A DNA stretch of 64,000 nucleotides from an uncultured Acidobacteriota bacterium (GCA_963702425.1 CAVPCQ010000039.1:32001-96000); one strand, 5' to 3'; counted from the stretch's first letter, positions 9,305 through 19,037 are shown. Notes: generated from the letters alone by a model not told the origin. Numbers and translations: made by a program.

Positions 9305-10315
9305 TCAGTCGGGCGATTCTCCCCAAACCCGCAGCACCTCCGCCACCCGGTGCGAGTACCCCCACTCGTTGTCGTACCAGGCGATCACCCGGGCAAGCTG
9401 GGGTCCTGGGACCTCGAGCAGAGGAAGGTCGACGACCGATGAGCGCGAATCGCCCTTGAAGTCGACTGAAACCAGCGGTTCGTCGGTGACCCCGAGGCGG
9501 CCCGCGAGCGGGGGGTCGGCGGCGGCGGCCCGGAACCGGTCGGCGAGCCCGTCGCGCGGGCCGGCCGGCCGTTCGGTCTGGGCCACCACCTCGACCAGGC
9601 TGACCGACGCCGTCGGGACGCGGATCGCGAGGCACGAGACCCGGCCCGCCAGCCGCGGAAGCGCCGCCGCCAACCCCGCACCCGCCGAGGTCGTGGTCGG
9701 GATCATCGACAGCAGCGCCGAACGAGCCCGGCGCGGGTCGGCGTGCGGTTGGTCCATCGTCACCTGCGACCCGGTCGTGCAGTGGACCGTCGTCACCTCG
9801 GCCGCGATCACGCCGAACCAGCGATCGAGCAGGGCCAGCGGGAGCGCCGCGGCCTGCGTGGTGCAGGAGGCGACCGAGACCACCCGACGGTCCCCGGCCG
9901 CGGCGAGGTCGGCGAGGCCCGGAACGAGCGTCGCGTCGGCGCCGGGACAGACGGCGGTCACGAGCACCCGCGGGATCCCCCCGGCGAGGTGCCGGCGCGC
10001 CTCGTCGGCACGCGAGAAGCGCCCGGTCGCCTCGACCACCGCGGCCACCTCATGGGCACGCCACGGGATCGCTTCAGGACACGCGAAGGCCGTGAACGGA
10101 ATCGACCGGCCGGCGACGCGGAGCGCGTCCGCGGTGGCCTCGACCGCGAACGACGGAGCGCCGTAGATGCTGTCGTGGCGCAGCAGGTGCGCCACCGCCG
10201 GCGCCCCGGCGACATCGTTGATCGCGGCGATCTCGACCGTCGGATCGTCGACGAGCAGGCGCAGCAGCGTGCGCCCGATGCGGCCCGCGCCGTTGAGTCC
10301 GACCCGGAGCGGCAT
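9305..10315 (-). CDS. Divergent GAPDH / erythrose-4-phosphate dehydrogenase family protein
   Basis: GLNGAGRIGR, catalytic ASCTT, TTVH, RVPT, WYDNEWGYS; several conserved GAPDH positions altered (see findings). Confidence 0.9.
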   Translation of the reverse strand: MPLRVGLNGAGRIGRTLLRLLVDDPTVEIAAINDVAGAPAVAHLLRHDSIYGAPSFAVEATADALRVAGRSIPFTAFACPEAIPWRAHEVAAVVEATGRFSRADEARRHLAGGIPRVLVTAVCPGADATLVPGLADLAAAGDRRVVSVASCTTQAAALPLALLDRWFGVIAAEVTTVHCTTGSQVTMDQPHADPRRARSALLSMIPTTTSAGAGLAAALPRLAGRVSCLAIRVPTASVSLVEVVAQTERPAGPRDGLADRFRAAAADPPLAGRLGVTDEPLVSVDFKGDSRSSVVDLPLLEVPGPQLARVIAWYDNEWGYSHRVAEVLRVWGESPD

Positions 10316-10341
10316 CGCGTCCTCGCGGAAGGTGGAGAGAA

Positions 10342-11709
10342 TCAGGTTAGGAGCGCGGTCGACGACCTGTCAACGCGCGGGGAAACGAGCACGGCGCGCG
10401 ACCGGGCCGGGCGCGGCAGCCCGAGGATCTCGAGCACGGCGCGCCGATCGGCGGCCTCCAGGGCCAGCAAGCTGCGATCGGTGCGGCGGATCTTCTCGCG
10501 CCGCAGCACGCCCAGCACGGCGTCGCGCAGCGCGAGCCGCATCATGCCGCGGGCCCGGCGGTAGGCGCGCAGGACCGGCGCCAGCTCGCGTCGCGTGCCG
10601 ACGCTGGCCACCGCCTGGACCAGCTCGGCGCGGACGGGGAAGCGCCGGTCCTCGAGCAGTCCGCGCAGATCGTCGACCGCGATTCGCGATCCGGCCTGTG
10701 CCAGTGCGAGGTGCGCCCGGGCGCGCGCGCCGTGGAGCGGCCCGGGACCGTCCGCCTCGACTTCGGCCAGGGCGCGCACCAGCGCCGCGAGGCGCACCAC
10801 GATCGCCCGGCCGCCAGCGTGGGAGACGACCTCGACCAGCGTCTCGAGCGGAACCGGTTCGCGCACCAGGTCGAGGTACGGCCCGACGCGCGCCAGCTGG
10901 CGCGGCGAGAGCTCCTTGAGCAGGAGCACGACGCGGCGGGCGTACTCGCGGTCTTCGGGCCGGGCCAGCAGCGCGAGCACCGCGGGCTCGACGACCGCGC
11001 CGCCAGCGAGCCCGAGTTGGGCGATCGCGCGCCGCCAGGACCCGAGGCGCGGGCTGCCGAGCTCGTCGAACAGCCGTTGGATCGCCCAACCCTCGAGCCG
11101 CGGCCGCGCGTTGGCGGCCAGGATGCGCCGCGCCCGCTGAGCCACCGCGGCCGAGGGGTCGGCCGCCAACCGCTCCAGCAGCGCCCGGACCGGGACCGCC
11201 CCGCTCCGTCCGGCGATCCAGGGGACCGCCTCGAGTGCCGCGACGCGCACGCGGGGATCTTCCGCTTCGTCAGAAAGGCGCTCGAGCAGCGGCCGGGAGG
11301 CGTTGTCGTGCCCGGTCTGCGCGAGGCGCGCGAGCGAGCGGATCGCGACGTGCCGCACTCGGGCCTCGGGCTCGCGCGCGAGGAGACGCGCCAGGGCGGC
11401 GACGGTGTCGGGGGCGGGGACGCGGGCCAGCGCTCCTGCCGCGCGCTGGCGCACCAGCGCAGACGGGTCGTACAGGAGCGAGGCCAGGGGGCGTGCGGCG
11501 CGCGCGTCGCCCAGCAGGCCGAGCAGTGAGATCGAGCGGAGCCGCAGGCGATCGTCATCGGCGTCGAGGCAGGCGACCAGCAGCGGCACCGCGCGCGGCG
11601 GATCGGCGACCAGCGCCTCCTTGGCGGCGCCGGCGGTGTCGGGATCGGCGGAGGCGAGCCCCTTGAGGAGGGGATCACGTTCGTTTCTCGCCGCCGAGAG
11701 GACCGCCAT
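10342..11709 (-). CDS. HEAT-repeat (PBS lyase-like) protein
   Basis: Repeated L.D.D..VR..AA.AL units (LYDPSALVRQRAAGAL, EPEARVRHVAIRSL, EDPRVRVAALEAV); ATG 11709 with GGGGAG upstream. Confidence 0.8.
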   Translation of the reverse strand: MAVLSAARNERDPLLKGLASADPDTAGAAKEALVADPPRAVPLLVACLDADDDRLRLRSISLLGLLGDARAARPLASLLYDPSALVRQRAAGALARVPAPDTVAALARLLAREPEARVRHVAIRSLARLAQTGHDNASRPLLERLSDEAEDPRVRVAALEAVPWIAGRSGAVPVRALLERLAADPSAAVAQRARRILAANARPRLEGWAIQRLFDELGSPRLGSWRRAIAQLGLAGGAVVEPAVLALLARPEDREYARRVVLLLKELSPRQLARVGPYLDLVREPVPLETLVEVVSHAGGRAIVVRLAALVRALAEVEADGPGPLHGARARAHLALAQAGSRIAVDDLRGLLEDRRFPVRAELVQAVASVGTRRELAPVLRAYRRARGMMRLALRDAVLGVLRREKIRRTDRSLLALEAADRRAVLEILGLPRPARSRAVLVSPRVDRSSTALLT

Positions 11710-11989
11710 CGACACACACTCCCCGTCCCGGGCTGAACGCTCTCCCGCCCGGATCTCCGTCCCTGATTTGATGCGTGCAACGACGATTCGTGGCGAACGT
11801 CTTCCCGTACGCTCCCGCGAGCCGGCGCGCATCTTGAGGTTTGCGATGGCGGCGGTCAAGGGCGCCCGAAATGTTTCTCGTAAGCGAAACAGCGAGAGCG
11901 AGTTGACGCGCGCTGTTGCGTCGGACGAAGCGCCGCGCGGCTGGCACGGTTTCACTGCCGCGCGCACGCGGCCGGGGTAGAATCACCGC

Positions 11990-12526
11990 ATGCGAATGCG
12001 AGGCGTACGGCGGGTCCCGGGAGCCGCCGCCCTCTTCGCCGCCGTGGCGCTCGCCGCGTGCGGCGCGCCGGGCGGCGGGACCGAGGGGCCACGCGGAGGC
12101 AGCCGACCCGTGTCCGCGTCACGGCTCGAGGACGCGCGCTCGGTCCTCGCCACGACGCCGACCGGGACGACGCTGGTGCTCGAGGTGGCGCGAACGACCG
12201 CCGAGCGCGCGCGCGGGCTGATGCGCCGCACCGAGGTGCCGCCGGGGACCGGGATGATCTTCTTCTTCGAGGTCCCGGGGCGGCACTCCTTCTGGATGTA
12301 CAACTGCCTGGTCGCGCTCGACCTGGTGTGGGTTGACGCGCGCGGCACGGTGATCGACGTGGAGGTCGCCGCGCCGCCTTGCCCCGTCGAGCCGTGCGAC
12401 TCGTACGGTCCGTCAGGCGACGCCTCGATGGTGATCGAAGTCGCCGCGCACGAGGCTGCCCGGCTCGGGCTGGTTCCGGGCGCGCGCGTCCTGCTCGCCG
12501 CGGCCCCCGGGGCGGGGGTGCCGTGA
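11990..12526 (+). CDS. DUF192 family lipoprotein
   Basis: Lipobox ALAAC; LEVART..ERARGLM, GMIFFF, FWMYNCLVALDL, VIEVAAHEAARLGLVPG. Confidence 0.9.
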   Translation: MRMRGVRRVPGAAALFAAVALAACGAPGGGTEGPRGGSRPVSASRLEDARSVLATTPTGTTLVLEVARTTAERARGLMRRTEVPPGTGMIFFFEVPGRHSFWMYNCLVALDLVWVDARGTVIDVEVAAPPCPVEPCDSYGPSGDASMVIEVAAHEAARLGLVPGARVLLAAAPGAGVP

Positions 12527-13668
12527 GCGGCGCGCTCCTCGCACTGGCGCTGGCCGGCGCGCCGGTTGCCGGCGCAGCACAGGCGGTCCCGCCGCCGGAC
12601 GCGGCGTCTGCCGTCTCCAGCGAGGCCCTTGCCGTCGCGCCGGCGTTCGCGCCGAAGGACCTCGTTGCCGCAGTGCCGGCACGACTCGGGATCAACTGGA
12701 AGGGGGCGCCGCTCGCGGCCCGTGAGACCGGGCCGGCCGCACGGCGCGCCGCCGCCGCGATCGGGATGGCGGATGCGCTCGCGCCGCTCGCCGACCCGGC
12801 GTGCAGCGCGCTGCTCGGCGCGATCGGGCTGCCGCCCGCTGCACCGGCCGCGCTGGCGGAGGCCTGGCCGGAGGGCTTTCCGGCCGCGCTGCCGGGAAGC
12901 GCGGTGCTGCTCGTCCCCGAGAGCGTGCCGCCGATCCCCGAGCAGGAGGTGGACTTTCTGCGCGCCACCGGCGTCCTGCCGCTCGAGGTCGCGCTGACCG
13001 GCGAGTGGTTGCGCGCCGTGGGCAGCCAGCACGCGGGGCCGGCAGCGGCAGACCCGCTCCTGCGTGCTGCCCGCGCGGCTCGCCTGGAGGGTGCGGCCAG
13101 GCTGGCCGGGATCCTGGTGTCGATTGCCGGGACCGGCGTCGACCCGCGGGACGTCGGGTCGGGCCTGCTGGCCCTCGACCGGGACCGCGCCAGCTGGCCG
13201 CGGGTGGCAACGGTCGAGGCCGCCGGGGACCCGGTGCGCGCGGCGCTGGTGCGGGAGCTGCTGGAGGACGGGCTGCGCTGGGCGGTCTTCCAGTACTCCC
13301 GGGGCGGCCTGGTGGGACTGCTGGCCGCGCTGGAGCGCCCGGCCGGCCCCACCGAACTCATCCGGCCCGGGTCGATCCGTCCGCTGCCCGAAGGACTGCC
13401 TCCGGGCTGCCGGCTGGGACCGCGGGCCGCAGCCGCGCTCTACGGCGGGGACCACGACGCCGCCTGGGTCGCCGACCTGCTGGCTGACTCGGCCCAGGTC
13501 GGCGAGGGGGGGAGAATCGCCGTCACCCTGGTCTTCGAGGCCCCTCACGCCGCGGAGGAGGCCGCAGCGGCGCTCCGATCGAGGGGAGCGGTAGTCGAGG
13601 TAGCGGGGAGCACCGTCCGCGGGATCCTCCGGCCCCGGCGCGAACAGCCCCTTACTCGTCAGCCTTGA
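12523..13668 (+). CDS. Exported hypothetical protein, possibly a degenerate metallopeptidase-like fold
   Basis: GTG overlaps the upstream stop; signal peptide ALLALALAGAPVAGAAQA; GEWLRAVGSQH, ARLEGAA, GGLVGLLAALERPAGPTELIRP. Confidence 0.6.
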   Translation: MSGALLALALAGAPVAGAAQAVPPPDAASAVSSEALAVAPAFAPKDLVAAVPARLGINWKGAPLAARETGPAARRAAAAIGMADALAPLADPACSALLGAIGLPPAAPAALAEAWPEGFPAALPGSAVLLVPESVPPIPEQEVDFLRATGVLPLEVALTGEWLRAVGSQHAGPAAADPLLRAARAARLEGAARLAGILVSIAGTGVDPRDVGSGLLALDRDRASWPRVATVEAAGDPVRAALVRELLEDGLRWAVFQYSRGGLVGLLAALERPAGPTELIRPGSIRPLPEGLPPGCRLGPRAAAALYGGDHDAAWVADLLADSAQVGEGGRIAVTLVFEAPHAAEEAAAALRSRGAVVEVAGSTVRGILRPRREQPLTRQP

Positions 13669-13694
13669 CCGTCACGTCGGCGCTTTGCTAGTCT
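13665..13694 (+). promoter_or_regulatory. Putative sigma70 promoter of the nuo cluster
   Basis: TTGACC-18 bp-TAGTCT with extended -10 TG (TGcTAGTCT), ~175 bp upstream of nuoA. Confidence 0.55.
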
Positions 13695-13868
13695 AACTGT
13701 CCTTTAGTGCCGGCTTCCGGAGGAAACGCTCCGGGTAACCCCCCCCGCCCGCCGGTGGTAGCGGACCCCTCGTTCTGACGGACGAAGTCGACGAAGATCG
13801 GCGTAAGCCGGAGGGGACGGGAACTGCCGACGAGGTCCGGGCGCGCCGCGCGCCGGGAGGAGTCAAGC

Positions 13869-14222
13869 ATGGAACAGTACCTCCCCATTCTCGGCATGGT
13901 CCTGATCGGAATCGGGCTGCCGGTGGTCGCGATCGTGTTCGCGCGGCTGCTCGCCCCGCACCGGCCGGGAGGGATGAAAGGTGAGCCGTACGAGTGCGGC
14001 ATCGAGGCCACGACCGGGATCCGCGAGCGGATGTCGGTGCGCTACTACCTGATCGCGGTGATCTTCGTGGTCTTCGACGTCGAGACGATCTTCATGTTCC
14101 CGTGGGCGGTGCAGTACCGGGTGCTCGGCCTTTTCGGCCTGGTGGAGATGGTGATCTTCATCGCCATCCTGCTGCTCGCCTACTTCTACGTGATCAAGAA
14201 GGGGGCTCTGAAGTGGGCCTGA
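13869..14222 (+). CDS. nuoA: NADH-quinone oxidoreductase subunit A
   Basis: [29 protein letters not shown]. Confidence 0.96.
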   Translation: MEQYLPILGMVLIGIGLPVVAIVFARLLAPHRPGGMKGEPYECGIEATTGIRERMSVRYYLIAVIFVVFDVETIFMFPWAVQYRVLGLFGLVEMVIFIAILLLAYFYVIKKGALKWA

Positions 14223-14707
14223 GCGATTGGGAACTCCCGCCGGGCGTGGTCACGACGACCGTCGACTCGGTCTTCAACTGGGCGCGCAGGTCGTCGCTCT
14301 GGCCGATGACCTTCGGCCTCGCCTGCTGCGCGATCGAGATGATGGCGGCCGGTGCTTCGCGTTTCGATCTCGACCGCTTCGGCATGGGGATCTTCCGCGC
14401 GACCCCGCGACAGTCGGACCTGATGATCGTCGCCGGCTCCGTGACCGAGAAGATGGCGCCGCTGATCCTCCGGCTGTGGGAGCAGATGCCGGAACCGAAG
14501 TGGTGCATGGCGATGGGCATCTGTGCCACCTCCGGCGGCCCGTTCCCGACCTACAGCCACGTCCAGGGGGTCGACCGAATCGTGCCGGTGGACGTTTACG
14601 TGCCGGGCTGTCCGCCCCGGCCCGAGGCCCTGATCTACGGGCTGATGAAGCTGCAGGACAAGATCCAGAGGGAAACGCTCGCGCGAAAGCGCGTGTCGCG
14701 AGGATGA
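14213..14707 (+). CDS. nuoB: NADH-quinone oxidoreductase subunit B
   Basis: [37 protein letters not shown]; GTG start overlaps the nuoA end. Confidence 0.97.
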   Translation: MGLSDWELPPGVVTTTVDSVFNWARRSSLWPMTFGLACCAIEMMAAGASRFDLDRFGMGIFRATPRQSDLMIVAGSVTEKMAPLILRLWEQMPEPKWCMAMGICATSGGPFPTYSHVQGVDRIVPVDVYVPGCPPRPEALIYGLMKLQDKIQRETLARKRVSRG

Positions 14708-14713
14708 CGCCCG

Positions 14714-15313
14714 ATGTCCGACCAGGAACAGCCCAAGCCCCCCCAGCCGCCCGCCCCGCCTCCGGCCGCGGCGCCGGCGGCCGCGGCCCCCGCGCCGGCC
14801 AAGGAGAAGGCGCCCGACCCGCTCGCGGCGGTGGTCCCTTCGCCGGCGCTCGACCGCCTGCGCGCCGTGCACGGCGGGGCGGTCCGGGAGGTGCGCTTCT
14901 GGGCCGGGATGCCGCTGGTCGAGGTCGGCCGCGACCAGCTCCAGGCCGTCATGACGTTCCTGCGCGATGACCCGTCCTGCCGCTTCGATCACCTCTCGAC
15001 CTGCTTCGCCACCGACGTGCCCGAGCGCGCCGCCGAACCGCTCGAAATGACCTACTGCCTGTTCTCGTGGCCGACGCGCCAGCTGCTCGCGATCAAGGTG
15101 CGGACCACGGCCGAGCTGCCGATCCCGACCGTGTCCGGGGTCTGGCCGAGCGCCGACTGGAACGAGCGCGAGGCCTGGGACATGGTCGGCATCCGGTTCG
15201 AGGGTCACCCCAACCCGACCCGGATCCTGCTTCCCGACGACTGGCAGGGGCACCCGCTGCGCCGCGATTACCCGCTCGAAGGCAAGCCCGGCGACCACAA
15301 GGTCTATCGCTGA
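14714..15313 (+). CDS. nuoC: NADH-quinone oxidoreductase subunit C
   Basis: ADWNEREAWDMVGIRFEGHP, GHPLRRDYP. Confidence 0.96.
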   Translation: MSDQEQPKPPQPPAPPPAAAPAAAAPAPAKEKAPDPLAAVVPSPALDRLRAVHGGAVREVRFWAGMPLVEVGRDQLQAVMTFLRDDPSCRFDHLSTCFATDVPERAAEPLEMTYCLFSWPTRQLLAIKVRTTAELPIPTVSGVWPSADWNEREAWDMVGIRFEGHPNPTRILLPDDWQGHPLRRDYPLEGKPGDHKVYR

Positions 15314-15325
15314 GGAGAAGGTGGC

Positions 15326-16426
15326 GTGTACCAGACCTCCGAGCTCGAGATCAACATGGGACCGCAGCACCCCGCCACGCACGGGGTGCTCCGGCTCGTC
15401 CTGAAGCTCGACGGCGAGACGATCGTCGAGGTGCGGCCCGTCATCGGCTACCTCCACCGCGGGGTCGAGAAGCTGTCCGAGAACCGCGGCTACCGCAGCG
15501 TCACGCCGCTGACCGACCGCCTCGACTACTGCGCGGCCTTCTCCGAGAACCACTCCTACGTCGGCGCGGTCGAGAAGCTGATCGGCGTCGAGGTCCCGCC
15601 GCGCGCCCGGACGATGCGCGTCGTGCTGGCCGAGCTCCAGCGGATCACGTCACACCTGATCTGGCTCGCCACCCACGGCCTGGACATCGGCGCGATGACG
15701 ATCTTCCTCTACGCCTTCCGCGAGCGCGAGAAGTGCCTCGACCTGTTCGAGGGCTACTGCGGCGCGCGCCTGACCTACAACGCGCTGCGGATCGGCGGGC
15801 TGGCCCAGGAGTTCCCCGACGGCTGGGTCGAGGAGCTGAAGCGCTTCCTGGCCGAGCTGCCGACGCGCATCGAGCAGTACGAGACGCTCCTCACCGGGAA
15901 CCGGATCTGGCGGCAGCGGACCGAGGGGGTCGGGGTGATCGACGCGCAGACCGCGCTCGGGCTGGGCCTGACCGGCCCGACCCTCCGCGGCTCGGGCGTC
16001 GACTACGACGTTCGCAAGTACGCGCCGTACGAGAACTACGGCGAGTTCGACTTCGACATCCCGATCGGCTCGAAGGGGGACACCTACGACCGCTACCTGA
16101 TCCGGATGGAGGAGATGCGGCAGTCGCGGCAGATCATCCTGCAGGCGCTCGAGAGGATGCCCGATGGACCGATCCTCGCCAAGGTCGCGGGCCGCATCCG
16201 GCCGCCGAAGGGCGCGGAGGCGTACTTCATGACCGAGTCGCCGCGCGGCGAGATGTCGGTCTACCTGGTGTCCGACGGCAGCGACAAGCCCTACCGCGTG
16301 CGTTTCCGCTCGCCGTGCTTCAACAACCTGCAAGGCCTGCCGACGCTCGCGAAGGGGCACATGGTCGCCGACGTGGTGGCCCTGATCGGCAGCATCGACA
16401 TCGTGCTCGGCTGCGTGGACCGCTGA
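15326..16426 (+). CDS. nuoD: NADH-quinone oxidoreductase subunit D
   Basis: NMGPQHPATHGVLR, GYLHRGVEK, DRLDY, ESPRGE, IDIVLGCVDR. Confidence 0.97.
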   Translation: MYQTSELEINMGPQHPATHGVLRLVLKLDGETIVEVRPVIGYLHRGVEKLSENRGYRSVTPLTDRLDYCAAFSENHSYVGAVEKLIGVEVPPRARTMRVVLAELQRITSHLIWLATHGLDIGAMTIFLYAFREREKCLDLFEGYCGARLTYNALRIGGLAQEFPDGWVEELKRFLAELPTRIEQYETLLTGNRIWRQRTEGVGVIDAQTALGLGLTGPTLRGSGVDYDVRKYAPYENYGEFDFDIPIGSKGDTYDRYLIRMEEMRQSRQIILQALERMPDGPILAKVAGRIRPPKGAEAYFMTESPRGEMSVYLVSDGSDKPYRVRFRSPCFNNLQGLPTLAKGHMVADVVALIGSIDIVLGCVDR

Positions 16427-16447
16427 GCGGCAGGGAGGCGAAGGACC

Positions 16448-17539
16448 GTGTACCCCGTGCTCCAGTACTTCGTGGTGCCTTTCCTCCACGGCGTGGTGCT
16501 GACGCTGGTGCTCCTGCTGTGCGTCGCCTACCTGACCTTCATGGAACGCAAGGTGATCGCCTTCATGCAGGTCCGGATCGGGCCGAACCGAGTCGGGCCG
16601 CGGGGCCTGCTGCAGCCGATCGCCGACGTCGTCAAGCTGCTGATCAAGGAGGACCTGACCCCCGACGCCGCCGACCGCCGCGTCTTCTACATCGCGCCCG
16701 TGGTCGCGACCCTGGCCACGATCGCGGCCTTCGCCGTGATCCCGTACGGGGGGCCGGAGGCCACCCTCCAGATCTTCGGCTTCACGATCCGGCCGTACAT
16801 CGCCGACGTCAACGTCGGAATTCTCTACGTGATCTCGATCTCCTCGATCGGCGTGTTCGGGATCGTGCTCGGTGGCTGGGCCAGCAACTCGAAGTATCCG
16901 ATGCTCGGCGGGCTGCGGTCCGCGGCGCAGATGATCAGCTACGAGGTACCGTTCGGCCTCGCCATCATCGGCGTACTGATGATCACGGGGACGGCCTCCC
17001 TGGTCGAGATCGTGCAGTGGCAGCAGCAGCACACCTGGCTGTTCTGGCTCCAACCCTTCGCGCTCGTGCTGTTCTTCATCGCCGGCGTGGCCGAGAACAA
17101 CCGCGCCCCGTTCGACCTGCCGGAGGCCGAGAGCGAGCTCGTCGCCGGCTTCCACACGGAGTACAGCGGCTTCAAGTTCGCCTTCTTCTTCCTCGCCGAG
17201 TACATCGCGATGATCGTCGTCTCGGCGCTGGTCGTGACCCTCTTCTTCGGCGGCTGGCTGCCGGTCACCTTCGGACTGGGGCACCTGTTCCCGAGGATCC
17301 CGGCGCTGCTCTCCGGGGCCTGGGGCGGCCCCTGGGTGATGCTCCTCGCCGGGATGGGCTGGGTCTTCATCAAGATCTTCCTGATGCTCTACCTCTACCT
17401 CTGGATCCGCGCCACCTTCCCGCGCTACCGCTACGACCAGCTGATGAACATCGGCTGGAAGTTCATGATCCCGGCCAGCCTGGCCTGGATCGTGCTGACC
17501 GGCGCGGGCATTCTCGCCTTCCAGGCGATCCGTTCGTGA
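16448..17539 (+). CDS. nuoH: NADH-quinone oxidoreductase subunit H
   Basis: ERKV..RIGPNRVGP.GLLQPIAD, GGLRSAAQMISYE, AENNRAPFDLPEAESELVAG. Confidence 0.97.
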   Translation: MYPVLQYFVVPFLHGVVLTLVLLLCVAYLTFMERKVIAFMQVRIGPNRVGPRGLLQPIADVVKLLIKEDLTPDAADRRVFYIAPVVATLATIAAFAVIPYGGPEATLQIFGFTIRPYIADVNVGILYVISISSIGVFGIVLGGWASNSKYPMLGGLRSAAQMISYEVPFGLAIIGVLMITGTASLVEIVQWQQQHTWLFWLQPFALVLFFIAGVAENNRAPFDLPEAESELVAGFHTEYSGFKFAFFFLAEYIAMIVVSALVVTLFFGGWLPVTFGLGHLFPRIPALLSGAWGGPWVMLLAGMGWVFIKIFLMLYLYLWIRATFPRYRYDQLMNIGWKFMIPASLAWIVLTGAGILAFQAIRS

Positions 17540-17546
17540 GGCGCCC

Positions 17547-18077
17547 GTGAGCGAAGCAAGAGCCGTCGTCATTCCCCGGCCGCCGCCGCTTCCGCGGTGG
17601 AAACGGTTCCTCCTGGTCGAAATGCTGCAGGGGATGTCGGTCACGCTGACCCACTACATCCGTGGCTGGCGCGAGCCGTTCACCGTCCAGTACCCGGAGG
17701 AGCGGTTGCCGCTCGATCCGCGTTTCCGCGGCTACCCGCGGCTGCGGATGAACCCCGCGACCGGCGACGAGCTGTGCAACGTCTGCCGGCAGTGCGAGAA
17801 GATCTGCCCGACGCTCTGCATCACGATCGAGGAGGAGCAGCACCCCTCGGGCAAGGGGCGCCGGCCGAAGCAGTTCACGGTCGACTACGAGCGCTGCTGC
17901 CAGTGCGGACTGTGCGCCGAGGCCTGCGGCTCCGACCCGATCTCGGCGATCTACATGAGCCACGACTACGAGCTGGCCGACTTCACGCGGGATCGCTTCC
18001 GCGCCGAGAAGGACCGGTTGTACTTCGGGTTCCCCGCGGCCGCGCCATCGGAGCAGGGCAAGCCCCCGGGGAAGTGA
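17547..18077 (+). CDS. nuoI: NADH-quinone oxidoreductase subunit I
   Basis: T.QYPEE, two 4Fe-4S motifs CNVCRQCEKICP and CCQCGLCAEAC. Confidence 0.95.
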   Translation: MSEARAVVIPRPPPLPRWKRFLLVEMLQGMSVTLTHYIRGWREPFTVQYPEERLPLDPRFRGYPRLRMNPATGDELCNVCRQCEKICPTLCITIEEEQHPSGKGRRPKQFTVDYERCCQCGLCAEACGSDPISAIYMSHDYELADFTRDRFRAEKDRLYFGFPAAAPSEQGKPPGK

Positions 18078-18140
18078 GGCGTCGCGCGGCGCGTCCCACG
18101 GGACGCGCCCGGCCGGCCGCGGGCCGGAGGTGAGGGGAAG

Positions 18141-18728
18141 GTGGAATTCGTCGTTTTCGCGATCTTCGGCGCGCTGGCCCTGGCCGGGGCGATCGGCGTG
18201 GTCGTGGCGCGGAACCCGGTGCACAGCGCGATCGGGCTGCTGGTCAGCCTGCTCGCCGTGGCCGGGCTGTTCCTCGTGCTGTGGGCGGAGTTCATCGCGG
18301 TCGTCCAGATCATGGTCTACGCGGGCGGCGTGATGGTGCTCTTCCTGTTCGTGATCATGCTCGTCGACCTCGAGCAGCGCGGATTCGATCTCGGCGCGGG
18401 GCGTATCGGTCCCCGGCCGGCGGCGTGGGAGCGAGCGATCTGGACCGTCGCGACGCTCGCCTTCGGCGGGCTCGTCGCCAGCCTCGCGGTGCGGTCGGCG
18501 AACCTCCCGCTCCCGTCGGCGGCGCGCGCAGCGACGATGCTGCAGGGCCCCTACAGCGTGGAGGGGCGCGGCCTCGGCAACACGCAGTGGATCGGGACGC
18601 TGCTCTACACCGATTGGCTCATCCCCTTCGAACTGGCGTCGGTCCTGCTGCTGGTGGCGATCATCGGCGCGGTGGTGCTGGCGCGGCCGGACGGCGCCGA
18701 GGGTCAGGGCGGGAGGGGGGCCGCATGA
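18141..18728 (+). CDS. nuoJ: NADH-quinone oxidoreductase subunit J
   Basis: RNPVHSA, AEFIAVVQIMVYAGGVMVLFLFVIML, PFELASVLLLVA. Confidence 0.96.
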   Translation: MEFVVFAIFGALALAGAIGVVVARNPVHSAIGLLVSLLAVAGLFLVLWAEFIAVVQIMVYAGGVMVLFLFVIMLVDLEQRGFDLGAGRIGPRPAAWERAIWTVATLAFGGLVASLAVRSANLPLPSAARAATMLQGPYSVEGRGLGNTQWIGTLLYTDWLIPFELASVLLLVAIIGAVVLARPDGAEGQGGRGAA

Positions 18729-19030
18729 TCCTCTCGATGGCGCACGTGCTCATCGCCAGCGCGGCGATGCTGACGATCGGCATGATCGGTCTCATGATCC
18801 GCCGCAACGCGATCGTCATGTTCATGTCGGTCGAACTGATCCTGAATGCCGCGAACCTCAACCTGATCGGCTTCTCGCGCTTCCTGCCCGACCCCGTCGG
18901 ACAGATCTTCGTCACCTTCGTGATCGTCATTGCGGCCGCCGAGGTGGCGGTCGGGCTTGCCATCGTCCTCGCCCTGTATCGCAACCGCGACACGGTGATG
19001 GTGGACGAGGCGAGCACGATGAAGTGGTGA
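18725..19030 (+). CDS. nuoK: NADH-quinone oxidoreductase subunit K
   Basis: RRNAIVMFMSVELILNAANL, AAAEVAVGLA. Confidence 0.96.
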   Translation: MILSMAHVLIASAAMLTIGMIGLMIRRNAIVMFMSVELILNAANLNLIGFSRFLPDPVGQIFVTFVIVIAAAEVAVGLAIVLALYRNRDTVMVDEASTMKW

Positions 19031-19037
19031 GGCGGAC

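Noticed and set aside
11942-11958. TGGCACGGTTTCACTGC as a sigma54 promoter for the DUF192 gene
   Set aside because: GG-to-GC spacing is 2 bp too long; a TAGAAT -10 near 11978 explains the promoter better.
15326-16426. Cluster as a group 4 NiFe hydrogenase
   Set aside because: The large subunit lacks both CxxC motifs and has the NuoD quinone-site signatures (GPQHPATHG, RLDY).
18088-18109. Hairpin between nuoI and nuoJ as a terminator or REP element
   Set aside because: No U-tract, inside an operon, and no second copy noticed; at most an mRNA stability element.
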